This document shows, piece after piece, positions 41,758 through 53,775 of a stretch of 64,000 bases of DNA. The notes under the pieces were generated by a model. It was not told the origin of the DNA. It ran no database searches and saw nothing but the letters and a program-made list of their open reading frames with translations. The stretch covers positions 982 through 64,981 of the forward strand of contig CALEHW010000054.1 of assembly GCA_937877715.1 (NCBI GenBank), written 5' to 3'. A program made the position numbers and the translations under genes. Source of the DNA: an uncultured Methylophaga sp. (GTDB lineage: Bacteria; Pseudomonadota; Gammaproteobacteria; GCF-002020875). Position 1 is the stretch's first letter. Each line of letters starts with the position of its first letter.

Positions 41758-42204
41758 ATGAGCAGGGAACGCTCCAGATCTCGTCGTGCTGCAGTGCAGG
41801 CACTCTATCAGTGGTCTATCTCGGCCCAGCCAGCGAGCGAGATCATCACCCAATTTCATGAGGAGGGAATCCTTGAGGATGCAGACAGTCAGCTGTTCGA
41901 GAAGATTGTCAGCGGGTTGATCAATGAGGTGGTTGCTGTTGATCAGTCGATCTCTCCCCACCTTAGCCGCAAGATAGAGCAGGTTGATCCGGTGGAAAAG
42001 GCGCTGTTACGGCTTGGGTGTTATGAGCTACTGTTTATGCCAGAGACCCCATATCGAGTGGTGCTTAATGAGTATATTAACCTCTCCAAGACCTTTGGTT
42101 CAGCCAAGAGTCATCAATTCATCAATGCGGCACTGGATCGGGTGGCACGTGAATCCCGCACGGTAGAGATTGCGGCCAATGAGAGAGCAGACGAAAAAAA
42201 GTGA
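41758..42204 (+). CDS. nusB: Transcription antitermination factor NusB
   Basis: R..SRRAAVQALYQ, VEKALLRLG.YEL, PYRVVLNE. Confidence 0.95.
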   Translation: MSRERSRSRRAAVQALYQWSISAQPASEIITQFHEEGILEDADSQLFEKIVSGLINEVVAVDQSISPHLSRKIEQVDPVEKALLRLGCYELLFMPETPYRVVLNEYINLSKTFGSAKSHQFINAALDRVARESRTVEIAANERADEKK

Positions 42205-43147
42205 GGGGAGTGGCGAATTCGCCCTGATTGAGGAGTTCTTTTCAGGGAGAGGAAAACACCATTCCGAGACCATTCTCGGAATTGGGGATGACGCAGCCAT
42301 TCTCTCCCCGCCTGCTGGTAAACAGCTTGTACTCTCAGTCGACACCATGGTGGAGGGTGTTCACTTTCTGCCAGATACCGATCCGAAGACCCTGGGCCAC
42401 AAACTGCTGGCAGTAAATCTGAGTGATCTGGCTGCCATGGGGGCAGAGCCACTGTGGGTGACACTGGCACTGACCATTCCGGAGAACAACCCCGAATGGC
42501 TCGGCAAGTTTTCACAAGGGCTGTTTGCCCTGGCTGATAGGTTTCGGGTTGATCTGGTAGGGGGAGATACCACACGTGGCCCCCTTGTGATGACGCTACA
42601 GATTTACGGGATTGTGGATGCAGGAGCTGCGGTTTGCAGGTCAAGCGCCCAGGCTGGTGATCTGATCTGTGTCACCAATACCCTGGGGGCTGCGGGCCTA
42701 GCATTACGGCAGCTGCAGGCGGGAGGGGATGCAGCAGAGATCCGCCACTATCTGGAGACCCCAGCCCCACGTATCGACGAGGGGATTTTGTTGCGTGATT
42801 ATGCAACATCAATGGTTGATATCTCTGATGGCTTAATGGCTGATCTTGGACATATCCTTGGGCAGAGTGGTGTTGGAGCAACTGTGAATCTGGACGCTAT
42901 TCCCATGCATTCAGCCCTCTCCTCACTCGCCTCGGTTGAGGAACAGATAGAGCTGGCAATGACTGCCGGAGATGACTACGAACTCTGTTTTACCATACCT
43001 GAACAGTATGTTCCTGTTATACGCGAACGCTTGTCCAGTATTGGATCTGTTCTATCTATAATCGGGATAGTCGCAGAAGCAAAAGGCATAAGTTTGGTTG
43101 GTGAGCAGCAATGGTTCCCTGAAGGTAACGGGTTTCAACACTTTTGA
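42179..43147 (+). CDS. thiL: Thiamine-monophosphate kinase
   Basis: EFALI, GIGDDAA, VNLSDLAAMGA, GGDT, DISDGL, GDDYEL; exact start uncertain. Confidence 0.93.
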   Translation: MREQTKKSEGSGEFALIEEFFSGRGKHHSETILGIGDDAAILSPPAGKQLVLSVDTMVEGVHFLPDTDPKTLGHKLLAVNLSDLAAMGAEPLWVTLALTIPENNPEWLGKFSQGLFALADRFRVDLVGGDTTRGPLVMTLQIYGIVDAGAAVCRSSAQAGDLICVTNTLGAAGLALRQLQAGGDAAEIRHYLETPAPRIDEGILLRDYATSMVDISDGLMADLGHILGQSGVGATVNLDAIPMHSALSSLASVEEQIELAMTAGDDYELCFTIPEQYVPVIRERLSSIGSVLSIIGIVAEAKGISLVGEQQWFPEGNGFQHF

Positions 43148-43288
43148 CAGCAAACCTGTATGGTCCTCGCATCAGCCCAGACAGAATTGATCGTTTTGTT
43201 CACCAATAGATTTTGTGAACAGTGGTTATTGGTTATTGAGAGTGCTGACTGATACTCAATTATGACACTGGTTGGGTGGATCTGTGAT

Positions 43289-44497
43289 TTATCCCGGCCT
43301 TCCATCCTTGCGAGGGCGGACCAGCATTGGGGCGTAATTCCAGATAAAGAGTAAAAATGATATAACCCATAGCCCTTGTGAAATCAGCACCAGTGTTGTG
43401 AACTGTTCCGGAGCAATCAGGGGAAGCAGTACACGGGTCACTGCACCCGCCAGTAGCAGACCAAATATCAGATGGAGGCTCTGGGGTGGTTTGAAGATAT
43501 TTCTCCCTGTATGACCAAGAATTACCCGAGCCATCATGCCGATGGTAATGATGCCGATGGCCCCGTAGGTGAATGCATGTAGTGCAAGGTATGGGGATAC
43601 AATCCCGAGGGCCGCAAGTGCCTTGAAGAGAAAACCGAGAATCATCCAGCCATATCCAACCATCAATACCCAGAGTAGTGGCTTGCCCCAGATGAGTGGG
43701 GTATACCAGTTTCGGAAGCGGATTCCATGAACCACCACCAGAATTGCTGCCAGTAGCCCACTGATCCAGAGTTGGGGGAAGAAGAGGTCGGCGAGGGCAA
43801 AGAGCAGAAACAGGACCAGACTGGAGATATCAAGAGATTTTGAGTTCTTTAGGTTGATCGGGGTGCCTACCCCCTTTTCGATAAAGAACGGGAAGACGCG
43901 TCGTCCAAGTGTTAGCACCAGTGCAAGGATCAGATAGATCCCGCCATACAGCCCAAAACGTTCGCCCCCATCGATAATATCGAAGAGGCCGAGATAGAAG
44001 ATCAGATTACAAAGGAATAGGGTGGATAGCTTTGAGGTAAAAATCCGTACCTGATCCCACTGCTTCGCCTTGTAGAGGGGGTGAGTGACGGCAGCAGTCA
44101 GGGCGAGCAGAAAGAGCAAATCCAGAATTGCAGGCACAGCTACGGGAACAGCCTCGATCCAGGGCAGGATACGGGCCAGCAGCCAGCTGCTGAAGAGTAT
44201 TGCCAGGGGGGTAAAACGTATAGTCTGTACCCCAGTCCAGTTCATGGTTGCAGTCAGTAGGAAACCGGCTGCGACTGCTGTGGCGTAACCGAAAACCATC
44301 TCGTGGCCATGCCACCAGAATGAGCTTCCCAGCTGCAGGATGGGCCCAGGTGTCCACTGGAAACTGTAGGCCGCAGTCCACAGAAGGATAGCTATAACAC
44401 TATAGAGGGCAGCCCCCAGGAAAAAGGGCCGGAAGCCGAGCTGGAACAGGGCAAAGGGGTGAACCGGTGTCGGTTTGTTGTCAATATTTAGTAACAT
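43289..44497 (-). CDS. nnrS: NnrS-family membrane protein
   Basis: GFRPFFL, WHGHEMVFG, GFLLTA..NWTG, ARVILGHTGR, RPRKDGRPG. Confidence 0.93.
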   Translation of the reverse strand: MLLNIDNKPTPVHPFALFQLGFRPFFLGAALYSVIAILLWTAAYSFQWTPGPILQLGSSFWWHGHEMVFGYATAVAAGFLLTATMNWTGVQTIRFTPLAILFSSWLLARILPWIEAVPVAVPAILDLLFLLALTAAVTHPLYKAKQWDQVRIFTSKLSTLFLCNLIFYLGLFDIIDGGERFGLYGGIYLILALVLTLGRRVFPFFIEKGVGTPINLKNSKSLDISSLVLFLLFALADLFFPQLWISGLLAAILVVVHGIRFRNWYTPLIWGKPLLWVLMVGYGWMILGFLFKALAALGIVSPYLALHAFTYGAIGIITIGMMARVILGHTGRNIFKPPQSLHLIFGLLLAGAVTRVLLPLIAPEQFTTLVLISQGLWVISFLLFIWNYAPMLVRPRKDGRPG

Positions 44498-44510
44498 TTC
44501 AAATTATCGT

Positions 44511-44552
44511 CTGATAAGCGCGGCCGCTTCGCGCCCACGCTTATCGGTGAGC
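44511..44552. repeat. 42-bp REP-like hairpin repeat, copy 2
   Basis: Identical to 9381-9422; lies between the folE2 stop and the nnrS start. Confidence 0.95.
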
Positions 44553-44576
44553 AGGGAGTATCTGCCCTGAATTCTT

Positions 44577-45359
44577 CTACTTTACCCTTTCGATCATTGC
44601 GTATGCTGAATGGTTGTGGATCGATTCGAAGTTCTCGGCTTCCAGAATGTAGGAGAGGATGCGATCATCCTCATTCAGACGGCGAGCCACGTCTCGCACC
44701 AGATCCTCGACAAATTTGGGGTTGTCATAGGCGCGTTCAGTGACATGTTTCTCATCCGGGCGTTTCAGCAGACCAAAGAGCTCGCAGGATGCCTCCTGCT
44801 CCACTATGTCGATGATGTCCTCAATCCAGATAAAACCGCTGGGCTTTGCATTTACGGTGATATGGGAGCGTTGGTTATGGGCACCATAATCGGAGATCTC
44901 TTTGGAGCATGGGCAGAGGCTGGTTGCCGGAACCAGAACCTTGACATTCATTGATGGTTTGCCGGCAATGATCTCGCCAATAAACGTTACCTGATAATCG
45001 ATGAGGCTCTCGATACCGCTGATCGGCGCACTCTTGTTTACAAAGAATGGAAATGACATCTCGATATGGCCAGACTCAGCCTCCAGGGTTTCAACCATCT
45101 CACCCAGCATAGCCTTGAATGTGTCTACGGTGATCTCGAAATCGTGCTGATTGAGAATACGCACAAAGCGGGACATGTGGGTACCCTTGAAATGCTGAGG
45201 CAGACTGACATACATGTTGAAGGTGGCAACTGTATGCTGCTCCTTGCCGGTACGATCCTTGATGACAATGGGGTGACGGATGTCCTTGATGCCCACTTTG
45301 TCAATTGGGATTTGGCGGGTATCGGTGCTGCCCTGTACATCAACCATACTGTTACTCAT
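44577..45359 (-). CDS. folE2: GTP cyclohydrolase IB
   Basis: [33 protein letters not shown]. Confidence 0.96.
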   Translation of the reverse strand: MSNSMVDVQGSTDTRQIPIDKVGIKDIRHPIVIKDRTGKEQHTVATFNMYVSLPQHFKGTHMSRFVRILNQHDFEITVDTFKAMLGEMVETLEAESGHIEMSFPFFVNKSAPISGIESLIDYQVTFIGEIIAGKPSMNVKVLVPATSLCPCSKEISDYGAHNQRSHITVNAKPSGFIWIEDIIDIVEQEASCELFGLLKRPDEKHVTERAYDNPKFVEDLVRDVARRLNEDDRILSYILEAENFESIHNHSAYAMIERVK

Positions 45360-45376
45360 AGGAATATTCTCGCTTT

Positions 45377-45757
45377 TTATGTTTCGCTATAACGGGCAGA
45401 GGCACGCTCTGTTTCCCAGACGGTGACTGCCTCAATATGGGTTCGTTCACTATTTAGTTCCACGGAGAGCTCTCCAAAGATAGTGTGAGCGATATTCTCT
45501 GCTGTTGGGTTGATCCGGTCAAATGGTTTCAATTCATTCAGATAGCTGTGGTCCAGACGAGCAGTAACCTCTTGTGTGACCCGTTTGATCTTCTTGAAGT
45601 CGATAACCATTCCAAGCTTGTCCAGCTCACCAGCAGCAACCTCTACCTCAACCTTCCAGTTATGACCATGCAGATGCTGACAATCTCCAGGGTACTCCCG
45701 GAGGCTATGGGCAGCAGCAAAATCACTAACAACCCGTAATATGAATTGGCCCGACAT
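45377..45757 (-). CDS. queD: 6-carboxytetrahydropterin synthase
   Basis: FAAAH.L, C..LHGHNW, LDH.YLN, PTAEN, WET. Confidence 0.93.
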   Translation of the reverse strand: MSGQFILRVVSDFAAAHSLREYPGDCQHLHGHNWKVEVEVAAGELDKLGMVIDFKKIKRVTQEVTARLDHSYLNELKPFDRINPTAENIAHTIFGELSVELNSERTHIEAVTVWETERASARYSET

Positions 45758-45765
45758 CTCTCTTC

Positions 45766-47643
45766 TCAAATGGATTGGTTGTGTTGGCGGTTCTGTTGCT
45801 GAAACCGAGTAATTGTGTCAAGTATACCACGGGTGGTAAGTCCATACTGCTCAAGCAGGGCATCGCGTTCACCCTGTTCAACAAAGTGGTTTGGCATGCC
45901 GATATTAAGGATAGAAACAGTGATTCTCTGCGACAGCAGGAATTCGTCTACTGCGCTTCCTGCACCCCCAGCAACCACATTTTCCTCCAAGGTTACCAGT
46001 AGCTCATGTTGGGCCGCCAGCTGCAAAATAAGGGAGTGGTCCAGGGGGGTAACAAAGCGCATATCTGCGACTGTGGCATTTATGGTCTCTGCACACTCCA
46101 GTGCACTTTCGAGCATCGGGCCAAATGCCAGCAGAGCCACACCTTCACCCTGACGCCTGATTTTGCCCTTGCCGATTGTGATCGGGTCATCTGACTGACT
46201 ACTGACGGGTGTTTTTTCAATGATTGAGCTACGGGGGTAGCGGACAGCTGCAGGGCCCTCGTATTGCAGGCCGGTGGTTAGCATTCTCTGGCACTCCTCC
46301 CCATTGGACGGGGTCATGATAACCATGTTGGGTATCGCCCTGAGAAAGCTGATATCAAAGGCGCCAGTATGTGTTGGGCCATCGGCGCCAACCACCCCCG
46401 CCCGATCAATGGCAAACAGAACCGGAAGCTTCTGCAGCGCCACATCATGGATCAGCTGGTCATAGGCCCGCTGCAGAAAGGTGGAGTAGATGGCCACCAC
46501 CGGATGGCGCCCCTCGGCAGCCAGCCCGGCAGCCAAGGTTACGGCATGCTGCTCTGCAATGCCGACATCGATAAAGTGGTCTGGATGTTGTTCCGCAAAT
46601 TGCACCATCCCGGAGCCGGAGGCCATGGCTGGGGTGATGGCAATCATCTCTGGGTGATGTTGTACTGAGCTACGGAGCCACTCCCCAAAGATATCGGTAT
46701 AGGTGACACTGTTGCCAGACTGCGTAGTAACGGGATCGATACGCCCAATCCCGTGATATTTCAGTGGATCCTTTTCGGCAGGGATATAGCCGTGCCCCTT
46801 GTGGGTGATGATATGAAGAAGTCTCGGTCCCTTCAGTTTGTGCAGGGTACGCAGTGCACGAATCAGCGCATTGAGATCGTGACCATCTACAGGTCCGACA
46901 TAATTGAACCCCAGCTCTTCGAACAGTGTGCCCGGCACCACCATCCCTTTGACGTGTTCCTCGGTGCGTCTGGCCAGATCCCATGCTCCAGGCAGTTTGC
47001 TCAGAACCTTGCGGCTGGTCTCACGCATATGGCTATAGGTGGAGCTGGCGAGGATTCTTCCCAGGTAACGGGAGAGTCCACCCACATTTTCCGAGATCGA
47101 CATATCGTTGTCATTCAGGACAACCAGTAGGTTGGCATCGACATCACCAGCATGATTCAGGGCCTCAAAGGCCATGCCGCCAGTTAGTGCGCCATCACCG
47201 ATAACAGCGATGGTCTGCTGCTCGCTGCCACGTTGCTTGGCTGCAATGGCCATCCCCAAGGCAGCGCTAATTGAGGTACTGGAGTGGCCTGCACCAAAGG
47301 GGTCATATGGGCTCTCTCCGCGCTTGGTAAAGCCGGAGATTCCATGCTGCTGCCGCAGCGTTGCCATTGCCTCACGGCGCCCGGTCAGAATCTTGTGGGG
47401 GTAGCTCTGGTGGCCAACATCCCAGATCAGGCGATCGTCTGGGGTGTTATAGATATAGTGGAGAGCGATGGTCAATTCAACAACACCAAGACTGGATGCC
47501 AGGTGGCCACCGGTCTGTTCAACAGAGTGAATCATGAAGCCACGTAGCTCCCGTGCCAGCTCAGGGAGTTGTCCGGGGCCCAGTTCACGTAACTGCTCCG
47601 GACTGGAGATCTGGTCAAGCAGTGGTGTGGTAAGTGCGCTCAT
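45766..47643 (-). CDS. dxs: 1-deoxy-D-xylulose-5-phosphate synthase
   Basis: [33 protein letters not shown]. Confidence 0.97.
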   Translation of the reverse strand: MSALTTPLLDQISSPEQLRELGPGQLPELARELRGFMIHSVEQTGGHLASSLGVVELTIALHYIYNTPDDRLIWDVGHQSYPHKILTGRREAMATLRQQHGISGFTKRGESPYDPFGAGHSSTSISAALGMAIAAKQRGSEQQTIAVIGDGALTGGMAFEALNHAGDVDANLLVVLNDNDMSISENVGGLSRYLGRILASSTYSHMRETSRKVLSKLPGAWDLARRTEEHVKGMVVPGTLFEELGFNYVGPVDGHDLNALIRALRTLHKLKGPRLLHIITHKGHGYIPAEKDPLKYHGIGRIDPVTTQSGNSVTYTDIFGEWLRSSVQHHPEMIAITPAMASGSGMVQFAEQHPDHFIDVGIAEQHAVTLAAGLAAEGRHPVVAIYSTFLQRAYDQLIHDVALQKLPVLFAIDRAGVVGADGPTHTGAFDISFLRAIPNMVIMTPSNGEECQRMLTTGLQYEGPAAVRYPRSSIIEKTPVSSQSDDPITIGKGKIRRQGEGVALLAFGPMLESALECAETINATVADMRFVTPLDHSLILQLAAQHELLVTLEENVVAGGAGSAVDEFLLSQRITVSILNIGMPNHFVEQGERDALLEQYGLTTRGILDTITRFQQQNRQHNQSI

Positions 47644-47648
47644 TTCTC

Positions 47649-48521
47649 TCAATGGTCTCTCTGGACAATAAAATTGGCGAGTTCCTGCAGACTCTCTGCA
47701 CGCTCACCGAACATGTCAAGGGACTCCACCGCCTGCTGGTGCAGCTTCTGCAGCTCGCGTTTTGCCCCCTCGACCCCAAACAGGGAGACAAAGGTGGTTT
47801 TATTCTGCTCCAGGTCGGATCCTTGTGGTTTACCGGTGGTATCACTGGATCCCTCGATATCGAGAATGTCATCCTGTACCTGAAATGCCAGACCGATTGA
47901 TTCGGCAAACAGGACCAAGGCATCCTGGGCAGAGGGATCGGGCAATGCCGGGGCTGCTCCCATCATGATGCTGGCACGAATCAGTGCACCGGTCTTCTGC
48001 AGATGCATGGTGCGTAGCTCATCTATCGAGAGCGAGCTCTCTTCAGCCTGCAGATCCATCATCTGACCACCGACCATCCCCCTCGAACCACTGGCTGAGG
48101 CCAGCTCCCGGACCCACTCAAGACGCACCTTAGCAGTGAGATCGGCATCCATAACGACCTGAAAGGCAAGTGTCTGCAGAGCATCTCCCACCAAAATCGC
48201 AGTGGCCTCATCAAAGGCTCGATGACATGTTGGTTCTCCCCTGCGCAGCTCATCATCATCCATCGCCGGAAGATCATCATGTACCAGGGAGTAGGTGTGG
48301 ATTAGCTCAACTGCTGCTGCTGCCGCATCCAGATCCTCCGCTGCTCTACCGAACAGTTTGCCGGTGGCATATACCAGGATCGGACGGACCCGTTTCCCCC
48401 CATTGAAAAGTACGTAGTGAATCGCTTGGTGTAACCTGGCCGGGTCTGTAGTAGCAGCTGGAATTGATTGTTTCAGGGCCTGTTCTACACGTTGCTGCCA
48501 GGCGTCAAAGGGTAGACTCAT
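47649..48521 (-). CDS. ispA: Farnesyl diphosphate synthase
   Basis: [30 protein letters not shown]. Confidence 0.95.
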   Translation of the reverse strand: MSLPFDAWQQRVEQALKQSIPAATTDPARLHQAIHYVLFNGGKRVRPILVYATGKLFGRAAEDLDAAAAAVELIHTYSLVHDDLPAMDDDELRRGEPTCHRAFDEATAILVGDALQTLAFQVVMDADLTAKVRLEWVRELASASGSRGMVGGQMMDLQAEESSLSIDELRTMHLQKTGALIRASIMMGAAPALPDPSAQDALVLFAESIGLAFQVQDDILDIEGSSDTTGKPQGSDLEQNKTTFVSLFGVEGAKRELQKLHQQAVESLDMFGERAESLQELANFIVQRDH

Positions 48522-48751
48522 GATTGATCAAATGGTTTGAGCCCCTCTTTGGTGAGGACCTCGACCCTCTGCTCTGCTTCAGCCAGTGCCCTCTGACAGC
48601 TGCGAATCAACTTTATCCCCTGTTCAAATCTCAGCAGTGATTCTTCCAGAGAGAGTTCGCCACCATCCATCTCCCCAACCAGCTGTTCCAGCTCGGAGAG
48701 ACTCTTCTCGAAATCGAAAGGGAGACCATTTTTCTTCTTTTGGAGGGCCAT
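48518..48751 (-). CDS. xseB: Exodeoxyribonuclease VII small subunit
   Basis: FEKSL.ELE, LSLEESL..FEQG; xseB-ispA-dxs synteny. Confidence 0.93.
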   Translation of the reverse strand: MALQKKKNGLPFDFEKSLSELEQLVGEMDGGELSLEESLLRFEQGIKLIRSCQRALAEAEQRVEVLTKEGLKPFDQS

Positions 48752-48806
48752 ATTTTCTCTATTGAGGGGTTTGGTTCCGCTCTGATTCAGTGGATAATGG
48801 GCGCTT

Positions 48807-49316
48807 ATGAAGCGACTGATTGTAACACTATTGTTTTTCACTTTCCCCGCCTCTTTGGTTGCCGGTTCACAATGGTGGGATAGTGGTAGCGGGGGAGACT
48901 ACTTTGAGGAGGGGCCGAAGTGGAAGGAGGCAGAAGTTGTCATACCGGACTATCCGAAGATGGGGAATTTGCTGGAATTTCAGGTGGATAACCCATCATC
49001 CAGTCACCACTATTTTCTCGATAGCAGTTCCCTCTCTATCGCTGATGATTACGTGATTCGTTACTCGGTGGTCATAAAGACCAGAAGTGGGGCAACCAAT
49101 GTCTTCTATGACGGGATCCGTTGTGAGACACGTGAGTACAAGAATTATGCCTTTGGAGTGAATGGAGCATTTACCGAGAATGAGGGCGCGAAGTGGGAAC
49201 TTATTCGGAGTTATGACTTTTTCCGTAAGGCACTGATACGAGGGATTGTCTGTAGGCAGGATAGTGGCGCATATTCTGTAGAGCAGATTATTGATCGCTT
49301 GAAATATGATCGTTAG
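48807..49316 (+). CDS. Exported protein, CNP1-like family
   Basis: Signal peptide; WKE..V..P.YP, IRY.VVI...GA.NV.Y.GIRC.T.E. Confidence 0.75.
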   Translation: MKRLIVTLLFFTFPASLVAGSQWWDSGSGGDYFEEGPKWKEAEVVIPDYPKMGNLLEFQVDNPSSSHHYFLDSSSLSIADDYVIRYSVVIKTRSGATNVFYDGIRCETREYKNYAFGVNGAFTENEGAKWELIRSYDFFRKALIRGIVCRQDSGAYSVEQIIDRLKYDR

Positions 49317-49406
49317 GAATAGATTTAAAAGTTTGTTCATGCCCTTCTCAGGGTACGTTGTGAAATATCACAAGAAATTAACATTTGGAAGACCGATTGA
49401 TTAGCT

Positions 49407-51293
49407 ATGTCAAATTATGATGCCTCTGCCATCGAGGTTCTGTCCGGTCTGGATCCGGTCCGAAAACGTCCGGGAATGTACACTGATACCACCAGACCAA
49501 ACCATCTGGTGCAGGAGGTTCTGGATAATAGTGTTGATGAGGCAATTGTTGGCCATGCAGACCATATTAAGGTGGTTCTGCATAAGGATGGGTCGGTTAC
49601 AGTTGAGGACAATGGCCGCGGAATGCCGACCGATATCCACCCCGAAGAGGGGATCCCTGGGGTTGAGGTAATTCTTACCAGACTCCATGCCGGCGGAAAA
49701 TTTTCAGGCAAGAATTATCAGTTTTCTGGTGGACTGCATGGCGTTGGCGTCTCTGTGGTCAATGCGCTATCCAAAAACCTTGAAATCTGGGTGCGTCGCA
49801 ACGGACTTGAGATGAATATGGTCTTCGCCAATGGTGAAAAGCAGAGCGAGCTTGAGGAGGTTGGTACGGTCGGTAAGCGTAATACCGGAACCACGCTTCG
49901 TTTCTGGCCAGATCCACAGTTCTTCGATTCACCAAAAATCTCCATTCCAAAACTGCGCCACCTAATGCGTGCCAAAGCAGTATTGCAGCCGGGCCTGAAG
50001 ATATCGCTGAGTGATGAGAACTCTGGAGAAAGTGATGAGTGGTATTACGAGGATGGTCTGAAACAGTATCTGCTGGGGCAGATTGGAGATCTGCCAACCC
50101 TTCCGGAAGATGCCCCATTTATGGGCTCAAGCAGCAGTGAGAAAGAGGGTGTGGACTGGGCCGCAGTGTGGCTCCCGGAAGGTGGTGAGTCGGTCGGTGA
50201 GAGTTATGTAAATCTGGTTCCAACCCTGCAGGGAGGAACCCATGTGAACGGTCTACGCGCAGGGTTGACCGAGGCAGTACGGGAGTTCTGCGAATTTAGA
50301 AATATACTTCCACGTGGGATCAAACTGGCTCCAGAGGATGTTTGGGAGAAGGTAAGCTACATCCTCTCTGTCAAGATGGATGATCCTCAGTTTGCGGGGC
50401 AGATCAAGGAACGCCTCTCGTCTCGTGAGGTGGCAGCATTTGTCTCTGGAGTAGTCAAGGATTCATTTAGTCTTTGGCTCAATCAGCATCCAGCCATTGG
50501 TGAGCAGATTGCTGAGCTGGCAATTAACAGTGCACAAAATCGAATGCGGACCCGCAAGAGGGTGGTACGAAAGAAGGTAACCAGTGGCCCTGCACTACCG
50601 GGGAAACTGGCAGACTGTTCCACTGGTGATCCACTACGTGGTGAGCTTTTTCTGGTGGAGGGAGATTCTGCAGGGGGCTCAGCCAAGCAGGCGCGGGATC
50701 GTGAATTTCAGGCCATTATGCCGCTGCGTGGAAAAATCCTTAACACCTGGGAGGTGGAGCCGGGGGACGTACTGGCCTCGCAGGAGGTGCACGATATCTC
50801 AGTTGCTCTGGGGATGGATCCTGGCAGCAGTGATCTGACAGGGCTTCGCTATGGAAAGATCTGTATTCTGGCTGATGCAGACTCAGATGGGCTCCATATC
50901 GCAACCCTACTCTGTGCCCTGTTTTTGCGACACTTCCCCAAGTTGGTAGCGGAAGGGCATGTCTATGTGGCGATGCCACCACTCTACCGAATTGATGTTG
51001 GTAAAGAGGTCTATTACGCACTGGATGATGCGGAGAAGCAGGGGATTCTGGACCGTATTACAGCAGAGAAAAAGAGGGGTAAAGTCAATGTACAGCGCTT
51101 TAAGGGGCTGGGAGAGATGAATCCACTGCAGCTTCGGGAGACTACCATGGCAACGGAGACTCGTCGGCTAGTACAGCTTACCATTGAGCCGGGCGATGAG
51201 AGTGACAGCATAATGGATATGTTGCTGGCCAAAAAACGGGCTTCAGATCGAAAGAGCTGGCTAGAGACACGAGGAGATCTTGCAGAGGTCTGA
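49407..51293 (+). CDS. parE: DNA topoisomerase IV subunit B
   Basis: [34 protein letters not shown]; adjacent to parC. Confidence 0.97.
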   Translation: MSNYDASAIEVLSGLDPVRKRPGMYTDTTRPNHLVQEVLDNSVDEAIVGHADHIKVVLHKDGSVTVEDNGRGMPTDIHPEEGIPGVEVILTRLHAGGKFSGKNYQFSGGLHGVGVSVVNALSKNLEIWVRRNGLEMNMVFANGEKQSELEEVGTVGKRNTGTTLRFWPDPQFFDSPKISIPKLRHLMRAKAVLQPGLKISLSDENSGESDEWYYEDGLKQYLLGQIGDLPTLPEDAPFMGSSSSEKEGVDWAAVWLPEGGESVGESYVNLVPTLQGGTHVNGLRAGLTEAVREFCEFRNILPRGIKLAPEDVWEKVSYILSVKMDDPQFAGQIKERLSSREVAAFVSGVVKDSFSLWLNQHPAIGEQIAELAINSAQNRMRTRKRVVRKKVTSGPALPGKLADCSTGDPLRGELFLVEGDSAGGSAKQARDREFQAIMPLRGKILNTWEVEPGDVLASQEVHDISVALGMDPGSSDLTGLRYGKICILADADSDGLHIATLLCALFLRHFPKLVAEGHVYVAMPPLYRIDVGKEVYYALDDAEKQGILDRITAEKKRGKVNVQRFKGLGEMNPLQLRETTMATETRRLVQLTIEPGDESDSIMDMLLAKKRASDRKSWLETRGDLAEV

Positions 51294-51324
51294 GTTATTG
51301 ACCGGAACTGCAGGGAGAAAAAAC

Positions 51325-53577
51325 ATGAGTGAGAGAAGAGAGATCGAGATGGAGGGGGTTGAGCAGCTTCCACTGAGTGAGTTTACCGAGAAGGCCTATC
51401 TGGATTACTCCATGTATGTCATCCTCGATCGGGCGCTGCCCCACGTGGGAGATGGGCTCAAGCCGGTGCAACGTCGTATTGTCTATGCGATGTCAGAGTT
51501 GGGGCTCTCAGCAACAGCCAAGTTCAAGAAATCAGCCCGAACCGTGGGCGATGTGCTTGGCAAGTTTCATCCTCATGGTGACTCTGCCGCATACGAGGCG
51601 ATGGTGTTGATGGCACAGAGTTTTTCTTACCGTTATCCGTTGGTTGATGGGCAGGGGAATTGGGGGTCAGCAGATGATCCCAAATCTTTCGCTGCCATGC
51701 GCTATACCGAGTCTCGTCTTACTCGCTATTCTGAGTTGCTGTTGGGTGAGTTGGGAATGGGGACTGTTGAGTGGCAGCCCAATTTCGATGGCACCATCAA
51801 AGAGCCAATTCTGCTGCCGGCCCGTCTGCCAAATATCCTGTTGAATGGTGGATCCGGAATCGCGGTTGGAATGGCAACAGATATTCCACCACACAACTTG
51901 AGAGAGGTGGCTACTGCAGCAATTCGCCTGCTGGAGAATCGCAAGTCAACAACAGAGGATTTACTGGAGCACATTCAGGGGCCAGACTATCCAACAGATG
52001 CAGAGATCATTACTCCAAAAGAGGATATTGATGAAATCTATCGTACCGGCCATGGCTCTATTCGCATGCGTGCATTATGGGAGAGAGAGGGTGGGGATGT
52101 GGTGATAACTGCGCTGCCGCATCAGGTTTCAGGCAACAAGATTCTGGAGCAGGTTGCTACCCAGATGCGCTCCAAGAAACTACCGATGGTTGATGATCTG
52201 CGGGATGAATCAGACCATGAGAATCCTACGCGTCTGGTTGTAGTGCCTCGTTCCAATCGGGTAGATGTCGACCAGCTGATGTCCCACCTCTTCGCAACTA
52301 CGGATCTGGAGAGGACCTATAGGGTCAATCTCAACATGATCGGGATTGATGGTCGCCCCGGGGTAAAGGGGATCCGGCAGCTACTTAAGGAGTGGCTAGA
52401 GTTTCGTGAGCAGACGGTTCGCCGTCGCCTAGAACATCGCCTGGATAAGGTTCTGCAGCGTCTTCATATCCTCGAGGGGCTGCTGGTTGCCTATCTTAAT
52501 ATTGATGAGGTGATTGCCATCATCCGCAGTGAAGACAAGCCACGTCCAGTGTTGATGAAACGTTTCAATCTTAGTGAGATTCAGGCCGATGCGATTCTTG
52601 ATCTCAAGCTCCGCCATCTAGCAAAGCTGGAAGAGATAAAGATCAAGGGAGAACAGGAGGAGCTGGAGGAGGAGCGTCAGAAGCTGGAGCAGATTTTGGA
52701 TTCAACCCGTCGTCTGCGCACCATGATTCGCAAGGAGATCACAGCTGACGCTGAGAAGTATGGGGATGACAGACGCTCCCCCATTATGGTGCGTAGTGCA
52801 GCACATGCTATTGATCCAACAAGTCTGGTTCCCTCAGAGCCGGTAACCGCGGTGCTCTCGGAGAAGGGGTGGGTGCGTGCCGCAAAGGGGCATGAGGTTG
52901 ATGTTAAGGGACTCAACTACAAGAGTGGGGATAGCTATCTTGCATCGGCCCATGGGCGTAGCAACCGGCCAATATATTTTCTCGACTCATCCGGAAGAAG
53001 TTACACCGTACAGGCAAATACTTTGCCTTCCGCACGGGGGCAGGGCGAACCACTGACTGGTCGTTTCTCTACACCATCAGGTGTCAGATTTATTGATGTC
53101 ATTGGTGGTGAGATGAAGCAGAAGATGGTGGTTGCCTCTGATGCTGGATATGGTTTTATTGCCACTGTTGGTGACCTCTCCTCCAATAAAAAGGCGGGCA
53201 AGGCTTTTTTGCGTACACCAAAGGGGGCCGAGGCGATGAGGGTGCTGTCTATTGATGAAGATAGTAGATGGCTGGCTGTAGCAAGTAATGAGGGGAGGCT
53301 GCTGCTGTTCTCACTGCAAGATCTTCCGGAGTTGGCCAAGGGCAAGGGAAACAAAATGATTGGTATTCCCCCAAAGCGAGTGGAGAGCAGGGAGGAGTTT
53401 GTGGCCGGTATTGCGGTTCTGAGTGGAAGCGATGGCCTTACGGTAATTTCTGGCAAACGCAAACTAAAACTGAAGCCATCTGACCTGGAAAACTATTGCG
53501 GGGAGCGTGGGCGTCGAGGCAGCAAACTGCCAAGGGGATTTCAGAGGGTTGAGGGGCTAATTGCCGGGATCAAGTAG
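51325..53577 (+). CDS. parC: DNA topoisomerase IV subunit A
   Basis: [28 protein letters not shown]. Confidence 0.97.
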   Translation: MSERREIEMEGVEQLPLSEFTEKAYLDYSMYVILDRALPHVGDGLKPVQRRIVYAMSELGLSATAKFKKSARTVGDVLGKFHPHGDSAAYEAMVLMAQSFSYRYPLVDGQGNWGSADDPKSFAAMRYTESRLTRYSELLLGELGMGTVEWQPNFDGTIKEPILLPARLPNILLNGGSGIAVGMATDIPPHNLREVATAAIRLLENRKSTTEDLLEHIQGPDYPTDAEIITPKEDIDEIYRTGHGSIRMRALWEREGGDVVITALPHQVSGNKILEQVATQMRSKKLPMVDDLRDESDHENPTRLVVVPRSNRVDVDQLMSHLFATTDLERTYRVNLNMIGIDGRPGVKGIRQLLKEWLEFREQTVRRRLEHRLDKVLQRLHILEGLLVAYLNIDEVIAIIRSEDKPRPVLMKRFNLSEIQADAILDLKLRHLAKLEEIKIKGEQEELEEERQKLEQILDSTRRLRTMIRKEITADAEKYGDDRRSPIMVRSAAHAIDPTSLVPSEPVTAVLSEKGWVRAAKGHEVDVKGLNYKSGDSYLASAHGRSNRPIYFLDSSGRSYTVQANTLPSARGQGEPLTGRFSTPSGVRFIDVIGGEMKQKMVVASDAGYGFIATVGDLSSNKKAGKAFLRTPKGAEAMRVLSIDEDSRWLAVASNEGRLLLFSLQDLPELAKGKGNKMIGIPPKRVESREEFVAGIAVLSGSDGLTVISGKRKLKLKPSDLENYCGERGRRGSKLPRGFQRVEGLIAGIK

Positions 53578-53586
53578 GCAAAGGGA

Positions 53587-53667
53587 CTACATTGTATACA
53601 TAAGCCATCCACTAACGACGATAAAGATGGCACAGGCCCAAAAAAAGATGGTAACAATTCGTCCCAA
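53587..53667 (-). CDS. Candidate 26-aa single-pass membrane microprotein
   Basis: GGAGGAG SD 5 nt before TTG; MGRIVTIFFWACAIFIVVSGWLMYTM*. Confidence 0.55.
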   Translation of the reverse strand: MGRIVTIFFWACAIFIVVSGWLMYTM

Positions 53668-53775
53668 TGCTGCTCCTCCAAGAGAATTTATAACGGCTTT
53701 AATTGTGACGTAACCTGACTACTTTTGTAAATTACTCGTAGTAGTGTAAGTAACAGACCAATTCGGGGTATGTTG

